This document shows, piece after piece, positions 26,409 through 33,656 of a DNA stretch of 50,496 nt. Both the position numbers and the translations under genes were made by a program. Source of the stretch: a virus. The notes under the pieces were generated by a model. It was not told the origin of the DNA. It worked only from the letters and a program-made list of their open reading frames with translations, and searched no databases. Positions within the stretch are counted from its first letter, which is position 1. Every line of letters begins with the position of its first letter. The DNA lies in IMG/VR virus record IMGVR_UViG_3300045988_030456, positions 1-50,496 of that record; one strand, 5' to 3'.

Positions 26409-26570
26409 TTAATAAAACTTCTTACCGCATTTTTCGCACTTCCATATGTGCCTTGTTTCTTTTATCCCGTTTCCGATATCTTCCAGATACGTTCCGGCAT
26501 GGATTTTCTTTTTGTGTTTGCAAAATAATTTATTGATGATTCTTAACACGCTTTCCTCACAATCCGGCAT
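26409..26570 (-). CDS. Small zinc-ribbon protein (53 aa from the internal ATG)
   Basis: MPDCEES...WKCEKCGKKFY. This is a trimmed version of ORF 26409..26624. Confidence 0.35.
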   Translation of the reverse strand: MPDCEESVLRIINKLFCKHKKKIHAGTYLEDIGNGIKETRHIWKCEKCGKKFY

Positions 26571-27030
26571 ACAAAAGGCAAATGCCCTTGTCGTTAGTTG
26601 CTCCGGCAAGATACTCTGTAGCAACGTTTAGTAACAAGGCATTTTCCACTTTTTTATCCATAGATGCCTGAGCATACACATTTCCACTTATATTACTTCC
26701 GGTAGCGTAGGAGATGCTTTCGTTCCCCGAAGAAACAGAAGAGACGGCCTTATTAACGACCGTCCCATCTTCTTTCTGTATAGTTCCTACGGTATCCATA
26801 GAAGCTTTTTTAATCTGATCAATTTGATACATGGTATCAGCAACCGCACAGACAGCCTTTTGTACTTTCGTTTTAACTCGCTCATTTTCTGGAAGTCCGT
26901 CAACAAGGCGGTCGAAAGTATATTGGTCTATGCGGTCACTGGCACGCTCTGCATACTTAAGGAAGTCACTTTCCGGCACAGTATCACCATAGAATTTGCT
27001 TTTGTAAAATTCATAATTTGTGTACGCCAT
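26557..27030 (-). CDS. gp6-like head-tail connector protein (157 aa)
   Basis: MAYTNYEFYKSKFYGDTVPESDFLKYAERASDRIDQYTF is typical of this connector family. Confidence 0.6.
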   Translation of the reverse strand: MAYTNYEFYKSKFYGDTVPESDFLKYAERASDRIDQYTFDRLVDGLPENERVKTKVQKAVCAVADTMYQIDQIKKASMDTVGTIQKEDGTVVNKAVSSVSSGNESISYATGSNISGNVYAQASMDKKVENALLLNVATEYLAGATNDKGICLLYAGL

Positions 27031-27043
27031 GATGTTCCTCCTG

Positions 27044-27196
27044 CTACTTCGGTTCTTCTTTTGCAGTAGATTTTCTGCCTTTGTTTCCGCCTTTGATCTC
27101 TTTGTATTTTTTTGGGTTCTTCTCCATCAACTGAGCACTCATTTCATGCTCAGTTGATAAGGTTCTGCCTGTTTCCAAGTCTTCAAACCGTCTCAT
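27044..27196 (-). CDS. Small basic protein (50 aa), hypothetical
   Basis: My translation is MRRFEDLETGRTLSTEHEMSAQLMEKNPKKYKEIKGGNKGRKSTAKEEPK. It lies directly after the capsid gene stop. Confidence 0.35.
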   Translation of the reverse strand: MRRFEDLETGRTLSTEHEMSAQLMEKNPKKYKEIKGGNKGRKSTAKEEPK

Positions 27197-27198
27197 GT

Positions 27199-28050
27199 TT
27201 ACTCACCTTTCTTGTTTTTGAAGATAAGGTCAGGCATTACAGATTTTGTTCCGTAGTGGTAAAAGAGTTCGATGCCATATGCTTCTGAAAGAGGAATCTT
27301 CTCAGCACTGTATGGTGTGGATTTAACAGGCTGTGCGATAGCTCCATCCACCATCACGATCACGTCAACGTCTGTCGGCATGTGCACGCATGAGAATGTT
27401 TTTACGCCATGATAAGCATAGAACTCTTCGTCAGCCACGCCAACACCCGGCACTGTAACTTTGTCCAGATATGTGCGGATTTTTCCGTAGAATTTCGGTG
27501 TACAGATCATGTTCATCATAGAACGAGGTACTCCGTCCACATATTCATTCTTGGTAGTTTCGCACTGCTGAATCATGGTTTCAGCCTGTTCCTCAATAGC
27601 TGTAATACCTGTCAGATCAACTTCTGTCGCATCTGTTCCGGCAACTTTGAAGAACTCAGTGTCGAGTTCTGCGATCATTCTGAGCGCATGGTTTGCTGTT
27701 CTTTTTGCAATAAGTCCCTCTACTCCGAGAAGAGATACGTCTTTCTGTTCAACCTCTTCTACAATTTCCTTATCTACATTAATCGGAATCGTAACCGGCT
27801 TTCCTTTTACTCCATCACCTTTAGATGCACCTCTGGCTGTTCCGTAATTCTTAGATGTCGCATTTGCGAATCTTTTTGCTTCTACGGTTCCGGCTGACGG
27901 ATCACCGGAAAGTTCGGTATTCTTCATTTTTCCAGAAATAGTGTTCTTCTGGACGTTTTCAATGACCTTTCCGTACTCTTCTGCAAGAAGCATTTTTCCA
28001 GTTGGGTCAAGTAACATGTTTAATGATGTAATTCTTGTTGTTTCTGCCAT
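27199..28050 (-). CDS. Major capsid protein (283 aa)
   Basis: It lies immediately downstream of the scaffold gene. Its size and composition fit SPP1-like/HK97-fold capsid proteins. Confidence 0.8.
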   Translation of the reverse strand: MAETTRITSLNMLLDPTGKMLLAEEYGKVIENVQKNTISGKMKNTELSGDPSAGTVEAKRFANATSKNYGTARGASKGDGVKGKPVTIPINVDKEIVEEVEQKDVSLLGVEGLIAKRTANHALRMIAELDTEFFKVAGTDATEVDLTGITAIEEQAETMIQQCETTKNEYVDGVPRSMMNMICTPKFYGKIRTYLDKVTVPGVGVADEEFYAYHGVKTFSCVHMPTDVDVIVMVDGAIAQPVKSTPYSAEKIPLSEAYGIELFYHYGTKSVMPDLIFKNKKGE

Positions 28051-28070
28051 TTTTGTTCTCCTTTAATTCT

Positions 28071-28104
28071 TTAAGGTCAACGACTATCCTCTATAAATAG
28101 CCGG
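28071..28104 (-). promoter_or_regulatory. Late-gene leader motif copy D
   Basis: Minus strand: CCGGCTATTTATAGAGGATAGTCGTTGACCTTAA, upstream of the capsid RBS. Confidence 0.5.
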
Positions 28105-28118
28105 ATAACAGTATGGTT

Positions 28119-28727
28119 TTACCAAACAGTTCCAGGAACAAATGGCTCTGCTTTCTGTTCACTTCCACCTTTTCCTGTAGGTGTTGTGAATACCGGAGGC
28201 GTCTTGCCATCCGTCACGAAAGCATCTTTCTGAGATTCTTTCAGCTCTTTCATGTAATCATCAAGACCAAGAATCTTTTCGCCCTCACGTTTCAGACCCT
28301 TGTCTTTAATCATGTTGATGATTCCTGTTTTGGCAAAATCAGAACTGAATTTCTCGCCCGCAAGAGCCTTTGTCAGAACGTCATTGAAGTCTCTTTCTTC
28401 AATCTTCTGGTTGTACTCTTTTTCACTGGCTTCAAGCTTGTCTTTCCATTCTTTTTCTGCATTCTCAGCTTTCGTCTTCCACTCATCACGTTCTCTTGTG
28501 ATCGCATCGAAGTCTTTTCCCTCGAACCCGTCCAAAGTCTCTTTCGCTGTTTCATACTGTGTTTTAAAGTTGTCACGTTCCTGTGTCAGAGTTTCTACTT
28601 TTCGTGTCTGCTTATCATAGTCAGATACGCTCTTGTAATTCTCTTTCACTGCATCTTCGATTGTCTTTTTCTGCTCATCTGTAATTTCAAGACCAGCATC
28701 TTTGATAATCTGAATAATATTTTTCAT
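28119..28727 (-). CDS. Scaffolding protein (DUF4355-like coiled coil)
   Basis: ORF 28119..28745 trimmed to MKNIIQ..., which has a GAGGAGG RBS. It is highly charged and helical, and lies upstream of the capsid gene. Confidence 0.75.
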   Translation of the reverse strand: MKNIIQIIKDAGLEITDEQKKTIEDAVKENYKSVSDYDKQTRKVETLTQERDNFKTQYETAKETLDGFEGKDFDAITRERDEWKTKAENAEKEWKDKLEASEKEYNQKIEERDFNDVLTKALAGEKFSSDFAKTGIINMIKDKGLKREGEKILGLDDYMKELKESQKDAFVTDGKTPPVFTTPTGKGGSEQKAEPFVPGTVW

Positions 28728-28808
28728 GTTGCATATCCTCCTCAACGTCTCTTATTAACCGCCTCGTCTGCGGTAGGGATTCAGACAGATGAACCTCTGT
28801 CGGGGTAA

Positions 28809-28899
28809 TCGGGATACACGGAATCGAACCGTGGACATAAGTCTTTTTTCAAAGAGATGATGGATTGTGACTTTTGTTCTACCATTGAACTATATCCCG
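28809..28899 (-). tRNA. tRNA-like gene with canonical acceptor, D and T arms but a roughly 25-nt anticodon loop (non-canonical, possibly non-functional or specialised)
   Basis: Minus strand: CGGGATA-TA-GTTC-AATGGTA-GAAC-A-AAGTC[ACAATCCATCATCTCTTTGAAAAAA]GACTT-ATGTC-CACGG-TTCGATT-CCGTG-TATCCCG-A. The D arm resembles tRNA-Trp. No CCA is encoded. Confidence 0.5.
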
Positions 28900-29312
28900 T
28901 TAGTGGTTGGTGTAAGTGTTCCCTCTATACAGTTCCAACCACTGTTACGGCTATTTGACGGTCAATCTGCATATTGTTCCGTAACTAACTCTATGCAGAA
29001 AAAGGATAGCCGGAAATGAATCCATGCACCATACTGTGCACTATCCTTTGCGGATAAGAATTTATCATATTATATCTTTAGGAGGTAACATAAGATGACG
29101 GTTCCCTAAGTCCGCAAGCTTAAGGGAAAACCTAACGGGCGTTTGACCGCCCTTTAATCAGCATTCCGCTATTAGGTTTAATTGAAAGGAGGTGTATCAA
29201 GAAAAGAAAATGTCCTATGTGATTCACCATGTTTATTGTATAATGTAGAGGTAATAAACTTGTCCCCCGTGATAGAGTTTATCAAGAGCCATTATGTGTT
29301 ATTTAAAACCTT
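28900..29312 (-). ncRNA. Candidate large structured non-coding RNA (about 410 nt), adjacent to the tRNA-like gene
   Basis: No ORF. There are many 6-9-bp helices, for example GTGGTTGG/CCAACCAC, GTTACGG/CCGTAAC, AAAGGATAG/CTATCCTTT with nested TGCAC/GTGCA, AACCTAA/TTAGGTT with nested GGGCG/CGCCC, and ATAAACT/AGTTTAT. Confidence 0.5.
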
Positions 29313-29735
29313 TTACATCTCTGCAAGCTTCTTGATTTGCCTTTGAATCTCTTTCCGTTCTTCCGCAAAATCTGAATCCATCACCATAGATGAAAGCATG
29401 TCGTACACTTCTACCATAAGTTTCCCGACACTTTCCATCAGTTTGTCTCTGTGTGCTTGATCTCCGTTCTGCTGATACATCTCTTTCGCCATGATGTACT
29501 GGTCATATAGTGCATCAATGTTTTTGTCGTACTTTCCGTTACTGTACTTCTTGATAAGGTTTTCCGATGCATCCGCAATCATCCCCGGTACGCTTTCACA
29601 TTCCAAAGATTTCATATTGCACAATGTAGATGTAATCATGTACATTGCCTGTAAGTTAGACATATTTAAGTCTTTTCTTGCAGATGCTTTCTCACGTTCA
29701 AGCTGTTCTTCCAAAATCTTTTTAATCTCGCTCAT
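29313..29735 (-). CDS. Hypothetical helical protein (140 aa)
   Basis: ORF track. Confidence 0.5.
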   Translation of the reverse strand: MSEIKKILEEQLEREKASARKDLNMSNLQAMYMITSTLCNMKSLECESVPGMIADASENLIKKYSNGKYDKNIDALYDQYIMAKEMYQQNGDQAHRDKLMESVGKLMVEVYDMLSSMVMDSDFAEERKEIQRQIKKLAEM

Positions 29736-29738
29736 TTA

Positions 29739-30329
29739 TCACACCTCGATTCCTTTCGTTTTCTTTTTGTATTTGTCGTGAATCTCCGATTGAATTTCTG
29801 TGATGTATACCATGTCGTATCCGGTAGATATGAGGTCGTTAATCATACATTCTACAGTTTTTAATTCTTCGCTTACATCCTCTACCAAACATTCCACAAA
29901 CATAGCATCAGCCACATGACCGTTTTCTCTTAGCGTGTGTGCGTACTGTTCGTACACTTCCTTTGTTTCGGATTCCCAATTGTGGTACTCAACAAATCCA
30001 TCTTCTACGGCTTTCTGCTTTGTGCTTTTCCCAACGCTTAACCGTTTGGCCGTTCGCCACGCATCCGGGATAACATTCACTTTCCCCTCAAACGCATCAT
30101 CAATAAGCTGATTGTGATGGTTTATAAAATATCGGCACACTTTCCTATGTTCCAAATTTTCCGCAATGTGCTGGTACTCATGCATCCGCTTAAAGCCTTT
30201 TAAGCCAAGGAAATCAAAGTAGTCCGCAAACTGTCCGTGCATCATAACAGCTCCGATAAACCGTTCGTTGATTTCGGCAAAGATTTCTTTCGGAGTTTTA
30301 ACATCTAGGTTGCTTTTAAAATCAATCAT
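29739..30329 (-). CDS. Ferritin-like / four-helix-bundle protein (196 aa)
   Basis: HGQFADYFDFLGLKGFKRMHEYQHIAENLEHRK is a ferritin/Dps-like pattern. The gene ends with tandem stops TGA TAA. Confidence 0.4.
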   Translation of the reverse strand: MIDFKSNLDVKTPKEIFAEINERFIGAVMMHGQFADYFDFLGLKGFKRMHEYQHIAENLEHRKVCRYFINHHNQLIDDAFEGKVNVIPDAWRTAKRLSVGKSTKQKAVEDGFVEYHNWESETKEVYEQYAHTLRENGHVADAMFVECLVEDVSEELKTVECMINDLISTGYDMVYITEIQSEIHDKYKKKTKGIEV

Positions 30330-30346
30330 AGAAACTCACCCCTTTT

Positions 30347-30775
30347 CTATGAGAGCTTTTTAATGATGATATTCGCATCCTTAACCAATGTGTCAACTGT
30401 GCCAACGTTGCCAACCGATATAGTGACGCTACTTCCGGCCGGAACTGCAATCAATGTAGTTGCCCCGACATTCTGATACACATTTGCCGTTGCTACTGTA
30501 TAGTCCATTTCAGTACCGGAAATCGGTTCTCCGTTCTGTTTGATAGATAACGCTACCGCTCCTATTGCAGATGCCGTAACGTTTCCGTTAAACTCAACTT
30601 CGACCGCCATTGGCAGATTTCCACGGTTTGTGATTTCAAAAAGTCCACTGCCGTTGTCATGTGCAAGCCACCCTGTGTTACAAGCACATCTACGGCTTTT
30701 CACTCTTGTTTCTGTAAATAATACATTCTGATTTGTTGCTACTGTCTGAGCGTTTTTAGCAATAGAATTTAACAT
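30347..30775 (-). CDS. BclA-C-terminal-domain-like (C1q/TNF-like jelly roll) protein (142 aa)
   Basis: The beta-rich pattern ...NVLFTETR...GLFEITNRGNLPMAVEVEFNGNVTA...SIKQNGEPISGTE...ATTLIAVPAGSSVTISVGN...ANIIIKKL resembles exosporium BclA-CTD-type proteins. Confidence 0.35.
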   Translation of the reverse strand: MLNSIAKNAQTVATNQNVLFTETRVKSRRCACNTGWLAHDNGSGLFEITNRGNLPMAVEVEFNGNVTASAIGAVALSIKQNGEPISGTEMDYTVATANVYQNVGATTLIAVPAGSSVTISVGNVGTVDTLVKDANIIIKKLS

Positions 30776-30792
30776 ATTTTTTCTCCTTTCTT

Positions 30793-30825
30793 AAAAAAGA
30801 GAGCAAGCGCATGCCTACTCTCTTT
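30793..30825 (-). terminator. Hairpin plus T-run (terminator or attenuator) just upstream of the BclA-like gene
   Basis: Minus strand: AAAGAGAGTAGGCATGCGCTTGCTCTCTTTTTT. Confidence 0.5.
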
Positions 30826-30838
30826 GATGTTCGCAAGA

Positions 30839-31045
30839 CTACTTTTTCGTAGATATGGATTCTTCCAACATGCTTATGATTTTGTTTTGGTTTTCAATTA
30901 TTTTTAAAAAATACTTACTGTCTTGCTCATGCAAGTGTTTTTCGATGTCAGAATTACTTGCTTGTGATAGATCACTGTTAAAATTCGCTATCTGCAAAGC
31001 AACTCCGTACACTGTAAGGAAGTCAAGTAGTGATATATCGTTCAC
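30839..31045 (-). CDS. Hypothetical protein (68 aa; GTG start directly after the upstream TAA)
   Basis: ORF track. Confidence 0.4.
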   Translation of the reverse strand: MNDISLLDFLTVYGVALQIANFNSDLSQASNSDIEKHLHEQDSKYFLKIIENQNKIISMLEESISTKK

Positions 31046-31314
31046 TTACATCACATTCCCACTTGCACAGCAACCATTACCAAATGCGTTATACGCAAAG
31101 TATGGACTGCAAGACATATAAGCCGGTTTTGGTGTCGGTCTCACTGCATCAATAATGTTATTGGTCTGTGATACCTGTGAAATCTGCCAATATGCTGTCT
31201 GCAAATCTCTGTCACGATCAGCAAGCTTGTCTCTCAAGTTCTGAATCGTGTTATCCTGGATTAACTGGCGTGTAGCCTGTCCATCTGCTAAGATGCTTTC
31301 TTTAATGTCACAGC
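31046..31314 (-). CDS. Exon 2 of the intron-split Cys-rich membrane/coiled-coil protein gene
   Basis: The frame is open upstream of the track TTG: ...CDIKESILADGQATRQLIQDNTIQNLRDKLADRD.... It joins exon 1 as ...QMAQC|CDIKESIL, which mirrors the earlier internal motif QSQCCCNTQKEIL. Confidence 0.7.
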
Positions 31315-32410
31315 CATTTTGTTAACATGTAGACTCTTTATTCTACATTTCTATCGGTTTCCTCGATAGTTCGGACTATATCTTCATCCTACCATTCGGG
31401 TAGGAGCCGGGTACTCGTGTCGAGATTATTGGTTTCCGTCCTCACTCGTTAGTCTCTGAACCTTTCAAACTACTCTTATCGGTATTCGTCTGACTAGGCT
31501 GCTGATTGTCATATTTACAAATATGTCCTTTACATGGTCTATTATTTTTTAGTGCTGCTATCAAAGAGTTTTGCGTTACGTTAATGTATTCAGCTGCGCT
31601 CTTTACGCTTTCAAAATGTTTCCCATCAATATATACTGGCTTACAAAATGAATACTTTATTTTGTGTGGAATAGGTTTTTCTTCTCCGACATAATAGCAA
31701 GGTCTTAAATCTGGTGTCTGCTTTCTTTTTAACCAATACGATATGGCTTGAACAGTTACTCCATAATGTTTTGCAGCTTGTGCCAGACTTTCATATTCTT
31801 CATCTCCGACCATTACACCTCTCCACTTTGTTTTCCCAACTTTCATGGCTGTTTTTTTGTCTTTCATCGGATTTTTTTCAGACATTCTTTGTCTCTGGCT
31901 TTTAGATTTCATAACATTATGTTCAGAATATTCTTTTCTTCTTTTTTCGTTCCACCACTCTGTATCACCGCCGGTTCCACCTCGGTTGATATTACATACA
32001 CATTGACCTTTCTTTTTCAGTTCGGCAATTCTGATGTCCTCGTAAAGAAAAGCTTCCCTTTCGTCTTCAAATTCTTTGATAATACGGCTATCACATTCAA
32101 ATCTTTTTATCATTTCATTAAAAAGACGATTGTGCTTTCTAACCTTATATCTTTTCTTATGACCTTTTCCAACATATATTATTTCTCCAGTTGAAACTAT
32201 AAACCATTCATATACATAAAACATATTCTTACCTCCGCATAAGTATTATTGATATTTTAATTATACATTATTTTAATGCGAAAATAAAAGTAAACTTAGA
32301 TTTTCCAGCAATTCTCCCGGTTGCCAACGCATATTACTATGCGTAAGTGCCTACTGTGTTTACTTTTTTGGTAAACAGATTCCTTATGGCTTTAAAGAAT
32401 CTCTTTAAGC
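31315..32410 (-). mobile_element. Group I intron (about 1096 nt) carrying a GIY-YIG homing endonuclease ORF
   Basis: The classical core elements are present: P AATTGCTGGAAA (32302-32313), Q AATCAGCAGCC (31497-31507), R GGTTCAGAGACTAAC (31448-31462) and S AAGATATAGTCC (31373-31384). P4 and P7 pairings are intact. The 5' exon ends in U and the intron ends in G. Confidence 0.85.
31442..32224 (-). CDS. GIY-YIG homing endonuclease (I-TevI-like, with two NUMOD/IENR-type HTH repeats)
   Basis: MFYVYEWFIVSTGEIIYVGKG (GIY-YIG variant). SLAQAAKHYGVTVQAISYWLKR and SVKSAAEYINVTQNSLIAALKN are DNA-binding repeats. The ORF 3' end overlaps intron core elements Q and R. Confidence 0.85.
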   Translation of the reverse strand: MFYVYEWFIVSTGEIIYVGKGHKKRYKVRKHNRLFNEMIKRFECDSRIIKEFEDEREAFLYEDIRIAELKKKGQCVCNINRGGTGGDTEWWNEKRRKEYSEHNVMKSKSQRQRMSEKNPMKDKKTAMKVGKTKWRGVMVGDEEYESLAQAAKHYGVTVQAISYWLKRKQTPDLRPCYYVGEEKPIPHKIKYSFCKPVYIDGKHFESVKSAAEYINVTQNSLIAALKNNRPCKGHICKYDNQQPSQTNTDKSSLKGSETNE

Positions 32411-32807
32411 ACTGTGCCATCTGTGCCTGCATGTTCTGTGCCTGTAATGCTGCATCATATCTACTCTGTAAGATCTCTTTCTGTGTGTTGCAGCAACACT
32501 GAGACTGCTGAGCCTGTAAGTTCTGCAAGCCGAGCTGTGTGTTATAGCGGTTCTCTAATACGTCTCTCTGTGTCTCGCAAGCTGTGTTGGACACATTCTG
32601 ATTTGTGTTAAAGATATCTCTTTTCACAAATTCGTCAGAGATAAAAGCGTCCTGTGCTCCGTTGTTGTTTCCCCATCCGTTACCGCAAAACAGGAAAGCA
32701 AGAATGATGATCCAGAACCATCCACCGTCACCCCACATATTTCCATCGTTGTTTCTTGTGACTGCTGCTACATCGGCAGCACTAAGTGTGTTTAATCCCT
32801 CGTTCAT
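32411..32807 (-). CDS. Exon 1 of the intron-split Cys-rich membrane/coiled-coil protein gene
   Basis: ORF 32337..32807. After ...QAQMAQC the track sequence (LKRFFKAIRNLF...) is intron read-through. It contains the TM-like segment GGWFWIIILAFLFCGNGW and Q-rich repeats with CCC. Confidence 0.7.
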
Positions 32808-32859
32808 GTTGGTTCTCCTTTTCTTTTATTTATCAAGACGTGTGCACTCCGTCCGGATA

Positions 32860-33114
32860 TCACTTTATTTTATTGATAATGTCGTTTGGATTCATGCCAT
32901 TTTGCTGGCACATCTCCATAAATACATCTTTCGGGTTTCTTCCTTGGCACATATCCATAGCCTTTTTGATGTTCGGGTTGCTCTGCGCCATATTCTGCAA
33001 CATTGCTCCGGGATTCTGTGCATTTTGCATCATCCCCATCATTCTTTGAATCATTCCGAATGGACTGTTACCACCCGGCATACCGCCCATCATTCCCATT
33101 AACGGATTACTCAT
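32860..33114 (-). CDS. Met/Gly/Pro/Asn/Gln-rich low-complexity protein (84 aa)
   Basis: ORF track: MSNPLMGMMGGMPGGNSPFGMIQRMMGMMQNAQNPG.... Confidence 0.45.
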   Translation of the reverse strand: MSNPLMGMMGGMPGGNSPFGMIQRMMGMMQNAQNPGAMLQNMAQSNPNIKKAMDMCQGRNPKDVFMEMCQQNGMNPNDIINKIK

Positions 33115-33538
33115 GCGTCAGCTCCCCTTTCTGCTCTTCCGGCTGTGGTTTCAATGTATCCAGTAATTTGTTGAATTCTTCTCTTGTCACGTACTTAGCG
33201 TCCATGTTTTCCGCTACAGGTTGTGGGTTGTTCGCCTGTACCTCATGGAATTCAAAAGCCTTAAACGTAACACTTCCCACACCGTCAACGGATTTAACAT
33301 AAAAGTATGGTGCATTGTTATCCATCATCCAAGCCGTAGTTCCCGGTTGTACGATCTGATTTCTTGCCCCGTCAATTCCGGCTACCTGTATCCAGTTCAC
33401 GTTCGGCTGTGGCTGTGCCTTGTATTGCTGTTGAGCCTGTGATAAGTTGTCTATCCGTTGTCGTAATGCCATCTGGTCTTGCATATAAGCATCCTGTGGC
33501 ATATACGGTGTATATGACATATATGGATTCATACTCAT
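33107..33538 (-). CDS. Protein with a Q/M/Y/P-rich N-terminus and a beta-rich core (143 aa), hypothetical
   Basis: ORF track. It is the first gene after the terminator at about 33.6 kb. Confidence 0.5.
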   Translation of the reverse strand: MSMNPYMSYTPYMPQDAYMQDQMALRQRIDNLSQAQQQYKAQPQPNVNWIQVAGIDGARNQIVQPGTTAWMMDNNAPYFYVKSVDGVGSVTFKAFEFHEVQANNPQPVAENMDAKYVTREEFNKLLDTLKPQPEEQKGELTHE

Positions 33539-33588
33539 ACCTCCTGTAAATTAGTATTTGTTGTTCTCTATGCTTTCATTTTACGCAT

Positions 33589-33622
33589 AAAAAAGAGACC
33601 TTAACAGTTCGTTAAAGTCTCT
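33589..33622 (-). terminator. Rho-independent terminator splitting the island into two transcription units
   Basis: Minus strand: AGAGACTTTAAC-GAACTG-TTAAGGTCTCTTTTTT. Confidence 0.65.
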
Positions 33623-33656
33623 AAAAAGTATCACTTATTATTTTGTGCTTTCGGTA

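Noticed and set aside
28809-28899. tRNA-like element as the phage attachment site
   Set aside because: The integrase is a serine recombinase located 15 kb away with its own adjacent non-coding region. The element is a full-length tRNA-like gene, not a 3' tRNA fragment next to int.
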